Part shown: one piece after another, positions 8,163 through 18,841 of the stretch
Position numbering within the stretch: position 1 is the stretch's first letter
Layout: each line of letters starts with the position of its first letter
Assembly (NCBI RefSeq): GCF_003334255.1
Contig: NZ_QOWU01000048.1
DNA: 43,440 nt
Source: Escherichia coli
GTDB lineage: Bacteria > Pseudomonadota > Gammaproteobacteria > Enterobacterales > Enterobacteriaceae
Strand: one strand, 5' to 3'
Notes under the pieces: generated by a model
Told to the model about the DNA's origin: nothing
What the model saw: only the letters and a program-made list of their open reading frames with translations
Databases searched by the model: none
Program-made: the position numbers and the translations under genes

Positions 8163-9023
8163 TTAAAGATGTTTTTTAAACCATTGCGTCTGTACTGCCG
8201 CCACACGTTCAAAAAACGCGCCTTCATAAATATCATAATGGCATGCGTCAGCTTCCTCGTATAATTCCTTAGTACCAGAAGCAACAGCATCATATAAGGC
8301 TTTTCCCTGTTCTGGTGGATTAACACTATCCTGGCCGGCAATAACAATCAAAACTGGGCACTGTACTTTGGCTGCGCTCTCTGCCGGTTTATATTGCAAC
8401 GTCTCCATAACCGTAAGGAAAGGTATTTTTATATCCATTTCAGGATACTGACCTTTTACCTTCTCGAAGAATACCTTTGATTCATTATCACTCAGTACCC
8501 GGGTAACCCCCACAAACATCTCTTTCCCGGTGTTTTTCTTCTTCTCTGCCATTTTATTCAGCGTGGACAGAAAAGACGCTCTCTCCGATTCATTCATCTC
8601 TCCGGTAACCAGAACATCACCGTCAGCAAAAGCCAGCTGGCTGACAATACATTTTACGCGTTGGTCCTGCGCAGCTGCACTGAAGACATGCCCCCCTCCC
8701 AGCGATGTTCCCCATAACCCAATACGCTGATTATCAATACATTCCTGCTTTTCTGCCCAATTGATAACTGAAATAATATCTTCGGTCTGCATTGCAGGAA
8801 CCAGACGCCCTCGTTCTCCATCACTCTCACCGAATCCTCGATAATCAAAAGTAATCGTTGCGAATCCTGCTTCTGTGAAGGCATTCGCAAAGCAAGGGAG
8901 CAGAACATTCCTGATACCGCAAAACCCATGGCATAAGATAATCAAAGGATGTTTTATATTTCCTTCAGGAACACGAAATGTCAGGGCAATACCTTCAGAG
9001 AGTTTGTGATCCGTAATTTTCAT
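8163..9023 (-). CDS. Alpha/beta-hydrolase-fold protein (esterase/dienelactone-hydrolase-like), 286 aa
   Basis: Nucleophile elbow 'GLWGTSLGGG' (G-x-S-x-G), 'HGFCG' oxyanion region, and C-terminal Asp/His candidates. Sits between traX and finO, where F-like plasmids carry variable cargo. Confidence 0.75.
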   Translation of the reverse strand: MKITDHKLSEGIALTFRVPEGNIKHPLIILCHGFCGIRNVLLPCFANAFTEAGFATITFDYRGFGESDGERGRLVPAMQTEDIISVINWAEKQECIDNQRIGLWGTSLGGGHVFSAAAQDQRVKCIVSQLAFADGDVLVTGEMNESERASFLSTLNKMAEKKKNTGKEMFVGVTRVLSDNESKVFFEKVKGQYPEMDIKIPFLTVMETLQYKPAESAAKVQCPVLIVIAGQDSVNPPEQGKALYDAVASGTKELYEEADACHYDIYEGAFFERVAAVQTQWFKKHL

Positions 9024-9081
9024 AAATATCCTGTGTTATGTTGTTTATTAATAATCAGAATCAGCGTCAGTATCATACCAG

Positions 9082-9828
9082 TCACAACGCCAGAACGCCC
9101 AGCACAGCCAGATGACAGGCGTAGAATACCGGGAAAAAATCCCCGGGCCAGAAACGGGGTAATGATTTTCCTGCACACGACACCAGACCAACGGTCAGCA
9201 CCGTCATTACAAGACCGGCCACCGCCGCTGCATCACTGGAGGCAAGGTTAAGTGCCGGAATAACGGCCAGCAGGCATGCAAGCAGCGCCAGACGTTCCGC
9301 TCTGTCTTCCGCCCGGTACAGTCGGTAACTGACCGCCAGCATCAGCAGCCCGGCAATGCCGTAACTGGTGCCGGACAAAGGCCCCCACAGGGCCATCAGA
9401 AGAATGGCCGCTGCTGTACGCCACCCACTGCGCGTTTCACACCACGTCAGCACCTGTGCCGCCACTGCAAAGGCAAACAGGATATTCCCCTCATACCAGG
9501 GAAAGCCGGCCAGATAATATGCGAACTGGGCAATAATTCCCCATCCCCACAGCCGGTTAATGGCCGGTTGCCGGATATGCGCATGACGGGACAGATTCAG
9601 CCCCCACACCAGGGCAAACAGCGGAAAGGCTCCTCGCCCGGCCAGAAACATCCATTCCTGCTTCAGCTGGAATATCAGATTGATGTGGTCCAGTACCATC
9701 AGCACCAGCGCCACCGTTTTGATGATATCCCGCTGTCCGGGTGACCAGACCAGAAACGACTGCAACCAGGTATCGGTCCGTGCAGCCAGTGAATCGTTAC
9801 GTGTCGTGTTCGTGTTATCCGTTGTCAT
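9082..9828 (-). CDS. traX: TraX F-pilin N-acetylase, 248 aa
   Basis: MTTDNTNTTRNDSLAARTDTWLQSFLVWSPGQRD... polytopic membrane protein matching F TraX. Start trimmed to the ATG at 9828, just 3' of the traI stop. ORF-track start at 10293 overlaps traI and is rejected. Confidence 0.85.
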   Translation of the reverse strand: MTTDNTNTTRNDSLAARTDTWLQSFLVWSPGQRDIIKTVALVLMVLDHINLIFQLKQEWMFLAGRGAFPLFALVWGLNLSRHAHIRQPAINRLWGWGIIAQFAYYLAGFPWYEGNILFAFAVAAQVLTWCETRSGWRTAAAILLMALWGPLSGTSYGIAGLLMLAVSYRLYRAEDRAERLALLACLLAVIPALNLASSDAAAVAGLVMTVLTVGLVSCAGKSLPRFWPGDFFPVFYACHLAVLGVLAL

Positions 9829-9847
9829 CAGTGTTTGTCTTCCTGTA

Positions 9848-12800
9848 TCAGTCTCCGCCCAGGGTTTTCTCTTTCTGCAGGTCACGAACCATATCCCGCT
9901 CCATCTGCTGCAGACGCTCCTGCAGCAGATTTTCCCGGGCAACCTCCCGGACCGCTTCCCGCTCCCGTTGTGATTCACGCAGCACACTCTCCGGCAGTGC
10001 GGTTTCCCGTTCAGATATGGCAGACCGGTCACGCTCCTGTCCGGCAATATCCCTGACAGCCAGCTCTGTTTTGCCGTCCGGCAGGTCAGGTTTGTTCTCT
10101 GCCATTTTCCTGACAATTTCATCTGCGCGGCGTTCCGTTTCACGGCGGATGGCCTCTTCAGCCTGCCGCTGTGCCAGTACCTCTGCCGTGACCGGTTCGC
10201 CATTTCCGGCACCCGGCTGGACGCTGTTGTCCGGGATATCCCCCCACACGCGGCCACCGGTGATGGCACCGGGATTCCACGGGCGACCTTCACCGGCGAT
10301 TCTTACCACCACACCACTGTCAGGATTATCACGGGCAATCCGGACGCCATCCTGCATATTATCAGCCAGCAGGCTCTCTCCGTTACGGCTGCCCTGCAGG
10401 GCCACGAACTGCGCATCCCCGCTGCCTTTCACCCGTCCTTCACCACTGAATCCCCGCAGCCCGTTTCCGTCATCCGTGGTCAGTGGGTTCAGCCAGATAC
10501 CAGCTGACTTGCCGTTACGGTCAAACGCCGGCAGTGCCACATGCGGCTGCGGATATTTACGTCCCGGTGCAATAAACCGTGCAGGGCTGTCTCCCCCGGC
10601 CAGCCCTGCCTGACGGAGAACGGCACGGCCTGCCGCCACGTCCCGCAGTTCCCGTGCCGTACTGAACAGCCGCTGCGCATTCATGACCTCCCGGTCCGGT
10701 TTCGGCTCCAGCACATCGTGGGCAGTTCCTTTCTGTACGGCATTGTTAATGGCATCCGTCCAGCCCTGACGGTTATCGGTGTACACCTGCACATGCTGCT
10801 TCATACGCGACAGGGCCACGTAGGCTGACTCAAAGCCGGCCATCAGTTTCCGGTTACCTTCCGTGCCTTCAAGCGCGATGGCAAAGGTTTCACTCGCCCC
10901 CTGCGCACCGTGGGCGGTGATGGCATAAGCCAGGTCAATATGTTGCTCTGCCCGCTCCTGGCCGGGGCGAATCACCCGGGTCTGCTGTCCGTCTGACAGC
11001 GTGACACTGTCACCGGAAACCGCTGTCACCGTCCAGACGCTGTTGGCCACATAACCGCGCTCCCGGTCACTCTTCGTGAAGCGCATCCGGTCGCCGGTCC
11101 CCACCCGGATTTTGTCCGGGGTGTACAGTGTGACACCTTCAGCCACCGCCTCCCGGGGCGAAATCAGCCGCGTGTTACCTTCCGCATCCTCCAGGGTTAT
11201 CAGCCCGTCATCCTTGCTGATACCGGCAATCCGGTGATACACACTATCCACCAGGGCAAGGGCATCCGGGTTATTCTCCCAGGTGGAGAGACGACGCAGC
11301 TCCCCGTCACGTATATTCGCTGTGTTCAGGACAGGCACCATGACCTGCTCTTTCCCCAGCTCACCGGCCTTTTCCCGTGCATCATGAATCATGCTGTTCA
11401 GTACGCGCCGGTCCTCATTCAGGTGCGTGACAATCAGCGTCTGCTCCCGTGCTTCCGGTGTCCTGCCGGTATAGTCGCGGACAATGGCTTCATACAGTGT
11501 CATGGGGACATCCGGAAAAGTCTCACCTTTCAGCATCGCCTTCTGCTGCGCTTCTGCCAGTTTCGCTTCCTGGCTGTGACTGAACTCCGTCACGGAGTGC
11601 TCCGGTGCCCATGCGCCCTCCTGACGGGGAACCTGAGACGGTTTCACACTCTCAAGCCCGGACAGTGCCCTTTCCACATCCCGGTTAATCAGGCTGTATA
11701 CCGCCTCCCGCAGTTCCGGCGTCTGACGCACAATCTCCTTCATGATGACCACATCGGCAGCACTGCGCGTCTGCTGGAGACGGAAAGGCTGACCGGGCGC
11801 GATGGCCTGCAGCTGGTCCGTGTCACCACTGGCCACGGCACGACCGCCACCGGCCGCAATCAGGGCGTATGCCCGTGCCATGTCGGTATTGCCCACCATT
11901 GAGCTCTCATCGAGCAGGAACAGCGTGTTGCTGAAATCCGGCGTTTCTCCGCTGCGCTGCTGCAGCTGCGTGTCATGCAGAAAGGACGCCAGCGTCTGTG
12001 CATCCACGCCGGCGCTGCGCATCTCACCGACCGCACGGTGCGTGGGCCCCAGCCCCACAACTCGGGGACGCTCACTCGCCGGCAGCATGTTCACGGCTGA
12101 CATCACCGCCCGGAACTGTGTGGTCTTACCCACCCCGGCATACCCCTGCACCACCGTGAAACGGTCGGACGTTTCCAGTATCATGCGGGTGGCGGCACGC
12201 TGTCCTGATGTCAGTTTCTCCATGAGTTCGCCAGGTACTCTCTCCATCAGCGGCGTGACCGCCTCCTTACCTTCGAGAATATGGCGAAGAATACTTTTTT
12301 CTGCCTCATACGACGCACGGGAAACCAGCAGGCCTGTGCCATAGCCTTTTGCCACATCCACATACAGTAAGTCACCGCGTTTTATCTGCGCATTGATTTC
12401 CCCTCCCAGTTCAGTAAAACCGGTTCCTTCTGCAGCAAACGACTTCGCCTCTGTCAGCAGGTCCACCATGCTGAAGGCCAGGTTTTTACTTTCCAGCACA
12501 GGAAGGGCCAGATGAATGGCCTGCTGTGCCGGCGTGTGCAGCCCGGTTTTCTGCAGACTGATAGCGGTTTCCAGCGATGTCTCACCGGCCCGCGCCTTTA
12601 TCTGCTCAGAAACCACCGTAAAGGAGGGATGGCGGGCAAGTTTTTCCGCAGTACGGGTTTCATCCAGTGAGGAATACAGCCGGACATCACGACCGCTGCG
12701 GGCCAGACCGTTCAGGGTGGCGTTGTCCATTGCCATCTGTGTGACGGAGGCAAACACCGTCGCACTGTCACTGACGGAATGCCCGGGCGTTTCCACCCAG

Positions 12801-15118
12801 CCGTTCTCCAGCTTCAGTGCCGTGAACGGTGAATCAGCCACAGGCAGGGTGGCCGGTTCAGCCCGCCCCGGCACAACAACCGTCATCGCATCTTCACTGA
12901 CGGATGCCACCTGCAGGCGGTCACCGCCGGAGACGCGGAGTCTGGGAATTTTCCCTGTCACCCTCAGTCGCTCGCCGTCTGCCACCGGCATTTTTTCCGG
13001 CCGGAACAGCGACCAGCTGCTGTCCAGGGAGGAAATACGCACCACCTGCGTTTCGCCCTGCGCATCCCGCAGGGTCAGGCTGTGACTCTGCGCCGTCACC
13101 CGGTCGATAACATAGCGGTCATGACTGCGTGTCTCCGGGTTCCACTGCTCCATCACCATCCCCGGTCGGTACATATCCCGCAGATAACGGCTCCGGCTGT
13201 CCAGCCAGACCGGTGACAGGGCGGTCATGGTTACTTCCGGGTGTCCGAGCACGCCCTGTGTTTTCAGCTCACTGCGAATGGCCTGGGTCAGAATGGCCTG
13301 TTCCCGTACCCCGCTGACCTGTGCCACGCTCTCTTCTCCGGCTTTCACGCTGGCCGCAAAATCCCCGGCCAGCCGGGCATAGCGGACATTACGGTCCGGT
13401 TCACTGATGATGGTTGCCGGTCGCTGCTCTCCGCCCTGCCAGCGATATATGTTCACCCCGGCATCCTTCATGGCCATCAGCGCACTGCCTGTACCGGTTC
13501 GCTGCCCGCTGTCGGTTATCAGGACCTGTACGTTATGACGTGCGGCACCGTCCAGCAGGGTTAACGTCTCTTTCAGGGAGAGTTTTTCGCCCTGGTCAAC
13601 GATAACAGTACTGCCCGGCGTGAAGGCCATGCCTTCCAGCAGCTGACGACGTCCGGTTATCAGCTCACCGGACAACCGTTCATCCTGCTTCAGGTTCATC
13701 TGCGAGCGACGGTCAGCAGCGATAATCTGCACCTCCCGCCCCTGCTCCCGGGCCATCATGACCAGTTCAGCCACCCGCTCACGCTGCCCGGCTGCACCGC
13801 CCTGCCCGGACACAATGGCCAGCGACGGACGGTCCTGTGCCAGAACACTGACCGCATCGCTGTAACCAGCCGTCCGGGGGACACTTTTCTCCGGATGTAC
13901 GGTCACCCGGTTCTGTTTCATGATGTCACGACTGAGTGCCCGGACTGACAGCTCATCGAGCACATGAATCCCGGACGTGAACAGCCCCTTCTCACGATCG
14001 AGGGGGATAAGCTTCTCACGGCTGATGGCCTCATCGATACCGGCGCGTGCCCGTTCAATCACACCATTTTCCGGCGGCAGTATGCCGACCGTTCTGGCCA
14101 GCACGTCCGTGTACGTAAACTGCACTTTTCGTTCACTTAATCCGGCAATGGCCTGTGTCACCGCCTGCTGCACATCCGGCCCCTCCTGTGAAACAGCCCC
14201 GGGCGCCTGCGTGCGGGTCTCCGCACGCTGATCCGCCGCGTCACGATATGCCCGGATGTCGAACCCGGTTTCCTTCAGCGTCTGCATCCATTCAGCCATT
14301 CTGACTTCAGGATCGACGTGCTGTTTGGATTTTCGCGTATCCAGTGCCGCCACATCCCGGGATTTCAGCGAGGCATCTTCCCCGACGGCCTCCCGGATTG
14401 CCTGTGAGCGTCCGGAAAAGGCCTCCACCGGTACGCCCGGCATCTCCCACATACCGTGCTTACCCACCACTTCGGTTTCATAGCCCAGCGCCTCAACCTG
14501 CTCTTTCAGTTTTTCCCGGTAGAGCCTGCCAAAGGCAATCTGATTAGCGTACACATTCTCAATGAACCCCGTTTTCCCCACTTTGTCACTGCTCAGTGTC
14601 TTCCATTCGCCGTTATGCTGCGTGACATTAGCCACCACCGCATGCGTGTGTAACTGTGGTTCCTGATCGCGACTGGTGTCGTGGTTAAACAGTGCCATCA
14701 CCAGATTACCGGTCAGCACCGTTTCTGACTGTCCGTCCGTCATCACCCGTGTGGAGGCCAGCGCCTCCACCTGACGAACAGCAAAGTCCACGGCCTGGTT
14801 ATGTGCATCAATCAGGCGCTTATCGCCACCTAACATGGCCATCATGGAGACACTTTTGGGGGCGGAGAAGGTCAGGTCGTAGCCGGGACGATGCCTGTTA
14901 CTGCCATCCTGCATGCGGCTTAGATCCGCTCCATCCGGCAGCCTTCCCTCCAGAAGACGGGTAAAAACATCCTTATCGACACTGCCCTGCAGTCCCAGCT
15001 GTTCAGCCCCCCTGCCGGCCCAGCGTTCTCCCATGCTGCCCAGCACATAGTAATTATCCTTGTCGGTATAATAGTTACCGGCACTTCCGGCCGATCTGAC
15101 CTGCGCAATACTCATCAT
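9848..15118 (-). CDS. traI: TraI relaxase/helicase (DNA helicase I), 1756 aa
   Basis: Full-length colinear match to F TraI ([35 protein letters not shown]... through ...KEKTLGGD), including the N-terminal relaxase region and the 'GYAGVGKTT' Walker A of the helicase. Confidence 0.95.
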   Translation of the reverse strand: MMSIAQVRSAGSAGNYYTDKDNYYVLGSMGERWAGRGAEQLGLQGSVDKDVFTRLLEGRLPDGADLSRMQDGSNRHRPGYDLTFSAPKSVSMMAMLGGDKRLIDAHNQAVDFAVRQVEALASTRVMTDGQSETVLTGNLVMALFNHDTSRDQEPQLHTHAVVANVTQHNGEWKTLSSDKVGKTGFIENVYANQIAFGRLYREKLKEQVEALGYETEVVGKHGMWEMPGVPVEAFSGRSQAIREAVGEDASLKSRDVAALDTRKSKQHVDPEVRMAEWMQTLKETGFDIRAYRDAADQRAETRTQAPGAVSQEGPDVQQAVTQAIAGLSERKVQFTYTDVLARTVGILPPENGVIERARAGIDEAISREKLIPLDREKGLFTSGIHVLDELSVRALSRDIMKQNRVTVHPEKSVPRTAGYSDAVSVLAQDRPSLAIVSGQGGAAGQRERVAELVMMAREQGREVQIIAADRRSQMNLKQDERLSGELITGRRQLLEGMAFTPGSTVIVDQGEKLSLKETLTLLDGAARHNVQVLITDSGQRTGTGSALMAMKDAGVNIYRWQGGEQRPATIISEPDRNVRYARLAGDFAASVKAGEESVAQVSGVREQAILTQAIRSELKTQGVLGHPEVTMTALSPVWLDSRSRYLRDMYRPGMVMEQWNPETRSHDRYVIDRVTAQSHSLTLRDAQGETQVVRISSLDSSWSLFRPEKMPVADGERLRVTGKIPRLRVSGGDRLQVASVSEDAMTVVVPGRAEPATLPVADSPFTALKLENGWVETPGHSVSDSATVFASVTQMAMDNATLNGLARSGRDVRLYSSLDETRTAEKLARHPSFTVVSEQIKARAGETSLETAISLQKTGLHTPAQQAIHLALPVLESKNLAFSMVDLLTEAKSFAAEGTGFTELGGEINAQIKRGDLLYVDVAKGYGTGLLVSRASYEAEKSILRHILEGKEAVTPLMERVPGELMEKLTSGQRAATRMILETSDRFTVVQGYAGVGKTTQFRAVMSAVNMLPASERPRVVGLGPTHRAVGEMRSAGVDAQTLASFLHDTQLQQRSGETPDFSNTLFLLDESSMVGNTDMARAYALIAAGGGRAVASGDTDQLQAIAPGQPFRLQQTRSAADVVIMKEIVRQTPELREAVYSLINRDVERALSGLESVKPSQVPRQEGAWAPEHSVTEFSHSQEAKLAEAQQKAMLKGETFPDVPMTLYEAIVRDYTGRTPEAREQTLIVTHLNEDRRVLNSMIHDAREKAGELGKEQVMVPVLNTANIRDGELRRLSTWENNPDALALVDSVYHRIAGISKDDGLITLEDAEGNTRLISPREAVAEGVTLYTPDKIRVGTGDRMRFTKSDRERGYVANSVWTVTAVSGDSVTLSDGQQTRVIRPGQERAEQHIDLAYAITAHGAQGASETFAIALEGTEGNRKLMAGFESAYVALSRMKQHVQVYTDNRQGWTDAINNAVQKGTAHDVLEPKPDREVMNAQRLFSTARELRDVAAGRAVLRQAGLAGGDSPARFIAPGRKYPQPHVALPAFDRNGKSAGIWLNPLTTDDGNGLRGFSGEGRVKGSGDAQFVALQGSRNGESLLADNMQDGVRIARDNPDSGVVVRIAGEGRPWNPGAITGGRVWGDIPDNSVQPGAGNGEPVTAEVLAQRQAEEAIRRETERRADEIVRKMAENKPDLPDGKTELAVRDIAGQERDRSAISERETALPESVLRESQREREAVREVARENLLQERLQQMERDMVRDLQKEKTLGGD

Positions 15119-17334
15119 CAGAAATCATCTCCCGGCTCAACATCCTCCCCGCGCTCCCGGTGCACATTAATGTTCACCTCTTCACGACGCTGCATCTGCT
15201 GCTGGATGTCCGGATGATTTTCCTGTTGCCATGCCTCATAAGCGGCCATATCCACCACTTCACCGGATTCACTGATCCCGGGTGGCAGTTGCTGTTCCAT
15301 CTCTTCTTCCGGTTTCATTTTCAGCTCCTGCTCGATCCCCCCTGCCGGAACATTCACACCTGAATCTGACTTCTTATCGTTGATGGCAGGAGACACCGGC
15401 TGTTGCGGCTGTTGCGGCTGTTGCGGCTGTTGCGGCTGTTGCGGCTGTTGCGGCTGTTGCGGCTGTTGCGGCTGTTCAGCCTGAGTCACGTCTTCTCCGG
15501 AAACAACCTCCGGGACATCCGGTTCGAAGAGGCTGGCCATCTGACGACCTTCTGCTTCCCTTGCGGCAAGTACGGCACTCAGACGGTTCTCCATTTCCGG
15601 GTTGATGTCACGCGGAATAAACTCCGGAGCGACCTTCGGTCGTGTCTGATATTTCAGAGAGAGTTTTACTGCCGGATACGGTCCGGGCAGGGTGACATAA
15701 CAGGTCAGATCCGGCAGAGACTGAATGTCGGAATAACTGACCAGCGTCTGGCGCTCCATATCCTTACCGGTCGATACCCCGTCACGTACCGGATCAGCAC
15801 CGTAGGAATACTGCTCGCTGGCTTTCAGGTGCTCTTTCTCACCAATCTCACCGGCAGCGAACTCTGCAATCTTATGGCTGGGAGAACGGAAAAAGGCACG
15901 GGTGTTCATGACGTCAAACAGCGTGGCAGCCGCTTTCTCACCGTAGATATCTTCCAGCTGGGCATAGGACTGGATACCAAACACATAACAGCCACCGAAC
16001 TTACGGGCTTCCGGCAGGATCTCCACCAGGTCCGGCAGTTTGTGTAACGTGGGTAGCTCATCACAAAAAAACCACACACGACGGTTACGGTTTTCTCCCA
16101 TTGCCAGCAGACCACGAATGGCAATGGACAGCCACATGGAGATCACCGGCTTCAGGGAGGCATGGGTGTCGGCATTCGACGAGATAAACAGCCAGCCGTT
16201 TTTCTGATCTTCCCGGACACCACGCATCCAGTCACGGATGGTAAAAGACTCACCGTTATGCTCAATCCCCTGCAGGTAACGGATGGCTTTCACGTAGTTG
16301 GTCAGCACAGCACGGATGGAAATCGCCGTTTTCTCAATTTTCTCTTCCACCAGGTTGGCCGCCGGTGAATTACGCAGGAAGGTACGCAGTTTTTCGATTT
16401 TGATGGAAAGCAGTGTGTCCACCAGTTTGCTGTAGCTGCGGTTGGGGTCATTACGCATCAGGTACGCCGCTTCCGCAAAAATGGTACGTCCTGAACCCTG
16501 CCAGAACGGGTCCTCTTTTGTGCCCATCGGGATCAGCGTGTTCGCGGTATTATCAAAATCCGGCTGTGTCAGGCACTCCTTCCACAAATCCCAGGCGGCA
16601 CAGCGGGCATCCAGCGGATTCAGGATTTTATCGATGGAGGGATCATAGTAACTTTTAACAAATTCCCCTGAACGGTCATAAATCACCACCATATCTCCAC
16701 GCTGACGGGCGTAGTTGGCCAGACGACGGATAACTTCCGACTTACCGGCCCCGACCGTGCCGTGCAGACAGAAGTTCTGGATTTCGGAATCCCGGATAAT
16801 CGGCAGGTCGCCAATCCGGATATCGGAGTCCTTGCCGTCTTTTTTCAGCATCCGGGCAACGTCTTTCGGATTGTCTGTCAGCTGACGACCACCTGTGACT
16901 TCATTTTCGCTCTGTTGTTTACCCTGACGCCCCAGAATCCAGGAGACAACAAAGAAGGTGATCAGGCAAATAACCAGTGCCACAACTGTGGCCAGAACGA
17001 ATGCGGACCATAGCTGCTCTCCGCACCAGATCATATATTTATCATGCAGTACCTGAGCAGCGTTCATCCGGAAGGTTTTGCCGTAATACTGGATCTCATA
17101 GACCGGCTGGGACTTGATTAAATCCCGCATGCCTTCCAGCGTGGTACACCACCAGTAAATACAGCCGTTCACAAACGTCTGCCAGCTTATTTTTACCCAT
17201 AAAACCAGACCAACGAGTATCCAGAAAAAAATAAACAGGCAGTAAAGCATGATATTGGCGATCTGGCTGAACATGCGGATACGCATGGACGCAATCTGAC
17301 CGCCCTGGGTCATATCCTTTGCGTTAAAACTCAT
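15118..17334 (-). CDS. traD: TraD type IV coupling protein, 738 aa, with expanded C-terminal QQP repeat
   Basis: [24 protein letters not shown]... matches F TraD. Walker A 'GTVGAGKSE'. C-terminal (QQP)n tract is longer than I remember for F (717 aa). Confidence 0.95.
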   Translation of the reverse strand: MSFNAKDMTQGGQIASMRIRMFSQIANIMLYCLFIFFWILVGLVLWVKISWQTFVNGCIYWWCTTLEGMRDLIKSQPVYEIQYYGKTFRMNAAQVLHDKYMIWCGEQLWSAFVLATVVALVICLITFFVVSWILGRQGKQQSENEVTGGRQLTDNPKDVARMLKKDGKDSDIRIGDLPIIRDSEIQNFCLHGTVGAGKSEVIRRLANYARQRGDMVVIYDRSGEFVKSYYDPSIDKILNPLDARCAAWDLWKECLTQPDFDNTANTLIPMGTKEDPFWQGSGRTIFAEAAYLMRNDPNRSYSKLVDTLLSIKIEKLRTFLRNSPAANLVEEKIEKTAISIRAVLTNYVKAIRYLQGIEHNGESFTIRDWMRGVREDQKNGWLFISSNADTHASLKPVISMWLSIAIRGLLAMGENRNRRVWFFCDELPTLHKLPDLVEILPEARKFGGCYVFGIQSYAQLEDIYGEKAAATLFDVMNTRAFFRSPSHKIAEFAAGEIGEKEHLKASEQYSYGADPVRDGVSTGKDMERQTLVSYSDIQSLPDLTCYVTLPGPYPAVKLSLKYQTRPKVAPEFIPRDINPEMENRLSAVLAAREAEGRQMASLFEPDVPEVVSGEDVTQAEQPQQPQQPQQPQQPQQPQQPQQPQQPVSPAINDKKSDSGVNVPAGGIEQELKMKPEEEMEQQLPPGISESGEVVDMAAYEAWQQENHPDIQQQMQRREEVNINVHRERGEDVEPGDDF
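15401..15472. repeat. Eight perfect tandem copies of a 9-nt unit (TGTTGCGGC) encoding the TraD QQP repeats
   Basis: Directly visible as (ctgttgcgg)x8 in the sequence. In-frame within traD on the minus strand. Confidence 0.9.
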
Positions 17335-17474
17335 GATGATATTCCGAAGAAAAAAAGTCAGTCGGACTGATTATTAATGATGAAAAGATTAATAACCGTT
17401 AAATTCCGGCTTCGCCGGCAACACTTCACGGTCGCACAAAGAATTTGCACAACCGCTCAGTGTTTTCATATTTA

Positions 17475-17580
17475 TTTCGGAAACGCCGGGGAGAAATAAA
17501 ATTTATTTTATTTCTTTCCGGGGTTGGACAACGAGCAAAGCGAGGCGTCAGTCAGGAGGCCGGTCAGACCAGCCTCCGGA
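17475..17580 (-). terminator. Hairpins downstream of traT, including copy 2 of the ~80 bp repeat
   Basis: GGAGGC-N11-GCCTCC hairpin (about 17556-17578) directly after the traT stop, then an AT-rich hairpin CCGGGGAGAAATAAAAT..ATTTTATTTCTTTCCGGGG with flanks shared with the 5495-5577 element. No clean U-tract, so terminator function is inferred. Confidence 0.4.
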
Positions 17581-17586
17581 AGATAA

Positions 17587-18318
17587 TCAGAGAATATTTG
17601 CGATTGATTTGGCCAGCTGGTCTTCGAGAACAGGCTTCGCCTCTTCAAATTTCAGGTTAACCTTGTTCGCATTTGAGACCACACGGGTCTGGTATTTATG
17701 CTGGTTACCTGTTTCAGTACTGGTCTGAATTTTCGCACCTGATGTGCCCTGACGCAGGGCGGCAACATTATCCGTTGTCACCGTTGCCTTAGTACGCTCT
17801 GCAATCTGCACATCCGTGATCATGGTATAGTTCACATCTTCCACCATCGCATCTGCAGCCATACCCACCAGACCGGCAGCAAGGCCCACACCGAGTGTGG
17901 CACCGGCAGAACTGGAATTATATCCGGTGATACCGGCACCTAACGCTGCACCAACTGCTGCGCCTTCATAACCACGGTTCAGCCATCCCTGAGACTCCCG
18001 CAGATCCATCTTATCGGCCTTCAGCACATTCGCCTGAATCCAGTAGTAGGCTTTATCCGGAGAAGTCACCACCTGATATCCTTTTGCTTTCACAGCATCA
18101 GCAATTTTGCCCTGCAGCCCACTCATGTCTTTATCAGACGTGTTTTTGATCTGCAGAAATACCGTGCGTTCGCTGGCGGGTTCAAGCCAGATGGTCTCAC
18201 TCATCTGAGTCTTCACCTCAAGGTTACGCTTCTTGATTGCTGTGCTCATCGCACCACACCCTGAAAGGGCCAGAGTGGAACTGACCAGTGCAACCATCAT
18301 CAATTTTTTTGTTTTCAT
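17587..18318 (-). CDS. traT: TraT surface-exclusion outer-membrane lipoprotein, 243 aa
   Basis: [47 protein letters not shown]... lipobox LSGC. Matches F TraT. Confidence 0.9.
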   Translation of the reverse strand: MKTKKLMMVALVSSTLALSGCGAMSTAIKKRNLEVKTQMSETIWLEPASERTVFLQIKNTSDKDMSGLQGKIADAVKAKGYQVVTSPDKAYYWIQANVLKADKMDLRESQGWLNRGYEGAAVGAALGAGITGYNSSSAGATLGVGLAAGLVGMAADAMVEDVNYTMITDVQIAERTKATVTTDNVAALRQGTSGAKIQTSTETGNQHKYQTRVVSNANKVNLKFEEAKPVLEDQLAKSIANIL

Positions 18319-18331
18319 CCAAAATATCCTT

Positions 18332-18841
18332 TTAACTAACAGACTCTTTTTTGAACAGTCCTATTACTGAGGCTATAGCTGAGAGATTATAACGATTTAT
18401 ATCTATGGTATACACCAAGAAAAATAATATGAATGTAATCATTAGTGCAAAAACATATAAGATAGAATGCATAAACGAAACCATAGAAAAAACAATCAAA
18501 AACAACAAAATATATGTCTTACTCTTAGAATACATAAAATTTATTATTTTTGAATCCTTTCTGAAACTATCAGGAATCGCAAGGTATAACATCATTCCAT
18601 TTGTAATAGCCACAAAAAGCAGGAACCCCATCATTCCACTAGCACATATATCAAAGCCAACATCCCTGACATCACTTTTAACCGATACTAAACGCAGAAA
18701 AGTTGGCCATAATAAAACCCATAAAAACACATAAGTTCCCGGCTTTATGACTTGTAATAATGATGGGATATTAACACCCTCTACAGAGAGTACCTCCTTT
18801 AGTTTTTGCATCTCCATTTTTATATCATAGTGAGTGATCAT
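18332..18841 (-). CDS. traS: TraS-like inner-membrane entry-exclusion protein, 169 aa
   Basis: Syntenic position between traG and traT. Very hydrophobic and AT-rich, as is typical of the hypervariable traS. Called from synteny and composition, not from sequence identity. Confidence 0.6.
   Translation of the reverse strand: MITHYDIKMEMQKLKEVLSVEGVNIPSLLQVIKPGTYVFLWVLLWPTFLRLVSVKSDVRDVGFDICASGMMGFLLFVAITNGMMLYLAIPDSFRKDSKIINFMYSKSKTYILLFLIVFSMVSFMHSILYVFALMITFILFFLVYTIDINRYNLSAIASVIGLFKKESVS

Noticed and set aside
9829-10293. Upstream extension of the traX ORF to 403 aa
   Set aside because: The extension overlaps the traI 3' end in another frame. The ATG at 9828 gives the expected 248-aa product immediately after the traI stop.
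9741-10613. 290-aa plus-strand Ser/Arg-rich ORF and other plus-strand ORFs (about 10,500-14,960) inside traI
   Set aside because: All lie antisense within the well-supported 1756-aa traI. Composition is low-complexity, as expected for GC-rich antisense frames.
15401-15472. Possible CRISPR array or satellite suggested by perfect tandem repeats
   Set aside because: The units are 9 nt with no spacers and are in-frame coding sequence (the QQP tract of TraD).
15403-16047. 214-aa plus-strand ORF beginning [13 protein letters not shown]...
   Set aside because: It is the antisense reading of the TraD QQP repeat inside traD. The repeat generates the poly-(RLL) translation, and there is no independent coding support.
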